DNA of 64,000 nucleotides from Escherichia coli (GTDB lineage Bacteria; Pseudomonadota; Gammaproteobacteria; Enterobacterales; Enterobacteriaceae): NCBI RefSeq assembly GCF_036507355.1, contig NZ_AP027877.1; one strand, 5' to 3'. Shown piece by piece: positions 63,010 to 64,000 of this stretch (position 1 is its first letter; each line of letters starts with the position of its first letter). The notes under the pieces were generated by a model. It saw only the letters and a program-made list of their open reading frames with translations, ran no database searches and was not told where the DNA came from. The position numbers and the translations under genes were made by a program.

Positions 63010-64000
63010 TTACCACCTCCGCAATCCTGGCCTGAGAACTGCTGTCAGGCAGGAAGCTATGGGTGATCTGACCTTTTTGCATTACCAAAATCCGGTGGCT
63101 TTGATACCACGCTTCTTCAATTTCATCGCAGATCATCAATACCGCAATGCCATGAGCCGCCAGATCGCTGATAATGCCGTATATTCCTGCTTTGTTGGCG
63201 ATATCAACACCGACTGTCGGGCTATCGAGAATCAACAGTCGTGGCCCAATCGCCAGCCATTTGGCGATCGATACTCGCTGCGCGTTACCACCAGAAAGCG
63301 TATTCACCGGGAGATGAGGATCAGAGACTTTGATGGTCAATGCCTTGATTAGCCTGTCCACCAGGTCACGCACTTTAGTTTCACTCAGAAAGCCGAAGCG
63401 ATCTTTTACCTTGTGAAAAACAGTGCTAATGATGTTGTCTTCAATAGATTGCGCCATCACCAAACCGCGCGACATGCGATCTTCCGAAACATAACCAATA
63501 CCGTGGCGGATGGCGTCCTGGTTACTATGCAGTGTAACCGGCTGGCCGTTGATGAGGATCTCGCCAGCATCCGGTCGGGTCATACCAAACAGACTCAGAC
63601 ATAATTCCGTGCGCCCCGCACCAAGCAGGCCAACAATCGATACCACTTCGCCCGCTTCCACCCGCAAGTTAATATTTAGATATTCCCCATGACGACTTAA
63701 ATTACGCACCTCCAGCACCGGGGTGCTGGATTTTCCCTGCCACAACTCTCGCACCTGATATTCAAACTCCTGGCCGGTCATCAGAAAACTGAGTTGTTTT
63801 GTGGTCATCTCTGCAGCCGGAAAAGTCCCGACCAGCTCACCATCTTTCAGCACTGAAATACGGTCGGAAACTTCCATCACTTCTTCCAGACGATGACTGA
63901 CGAAGACCACGCAGATCCCGCGTTCACGCAATTGATGCACCACCTGTAATAACCCTTGCACTTCCTGATGGGTCAGCGAAGCGGTTGGTTCATCCATCAC
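63002..64000 (-). CDS. Sugar ABC transporter ATP-binding protein (tandem-ATPase type), 5' end beyond the window
   Basis: Partial ORF containing a second nucleotide-binding domain (GLLGAGRTELCLSLFG, LSGGNAQRVSIAKWLA, LILDSPTVGVD), typical of RbsA/MglA/AraG-type ATPases. Confidence 0.8.
   Translation of the reverse strand: MMDEPTASLTHQEVQGLLQVVHQLRERGICVVFVSHRLEEVMEVSDRISVLKDGELVGTFPAAEMTTKQLSFLMTGQEFEYQVRELWQGKSSTPVLEVRNLSRHGEYLNINLRVEAGEVVSIVGLLGAGRTELCLSLFGMTRPDAGEILINGQPVTLHSNQDAIRHGIGYVSEDRMSRGLVMAQSIEDNIISTVFHKVKDRFGFLSETKVRDLVDRLIKALTIKVSDPHLPVNTLSGGNAQRVSIAKWLAIGPRLLILDSPTVGVDIANKAGIYGIISDLAAHGIAVLMICDEIEEAWYQSHRILVMQKGQITHSFLPDSSSQARIAEVVNG

Overview
This window reads as an Escherichia coli-type chromosomal segment carrying iraP(partial)-ddlA-yaiZ-yaiY-yaiW-sbmA-ampH-yaiV-hemB-tauDCBA-frmRAB-yaiL-mhpTEFDCBA-mhpR-lacIZYA-cynXSTR-codAB-prpEDCBR-yahONMLK. 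As far as I recall the K-12 map, gene order is collinear with it but in the opposite orientation. All identifications are from reading the supplied ORF translations and the DNA and from memory of the protein families; no database search or alignment was run. Departures from the remembered K-12 layout are the parts worth attention: (1) a two-gene module (MBL-fold hydrolase plus DJ-1/PfpI-AraC regulator) between mhpR and lacI, whose 3' end contains the lacI promoter; (2) a UhpABC-like sensor system plus AfuABC-type ABC transporter between tauA and frmR; (3) an IS1 copy with a perfect 9-bp target duplication splitting yaiV; (4) an IS3-family element with 13-bp terminal inverted repeats, no target duplication, flanked by short remnants of an autotransporter-like gene; (5) lacA and yahN each broken by 1-bp deletions in homopolymer runs; (6) a sugar-type ABC transporter beyond yahK at the window edge. 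I did not find a CRISPR array, tRNA, rRNA, prophage or defence-system signature. The candidates closest to an undescribed system are items 1 and 6, both still to be tested, and both could turn out to be ordinary accessory genes.
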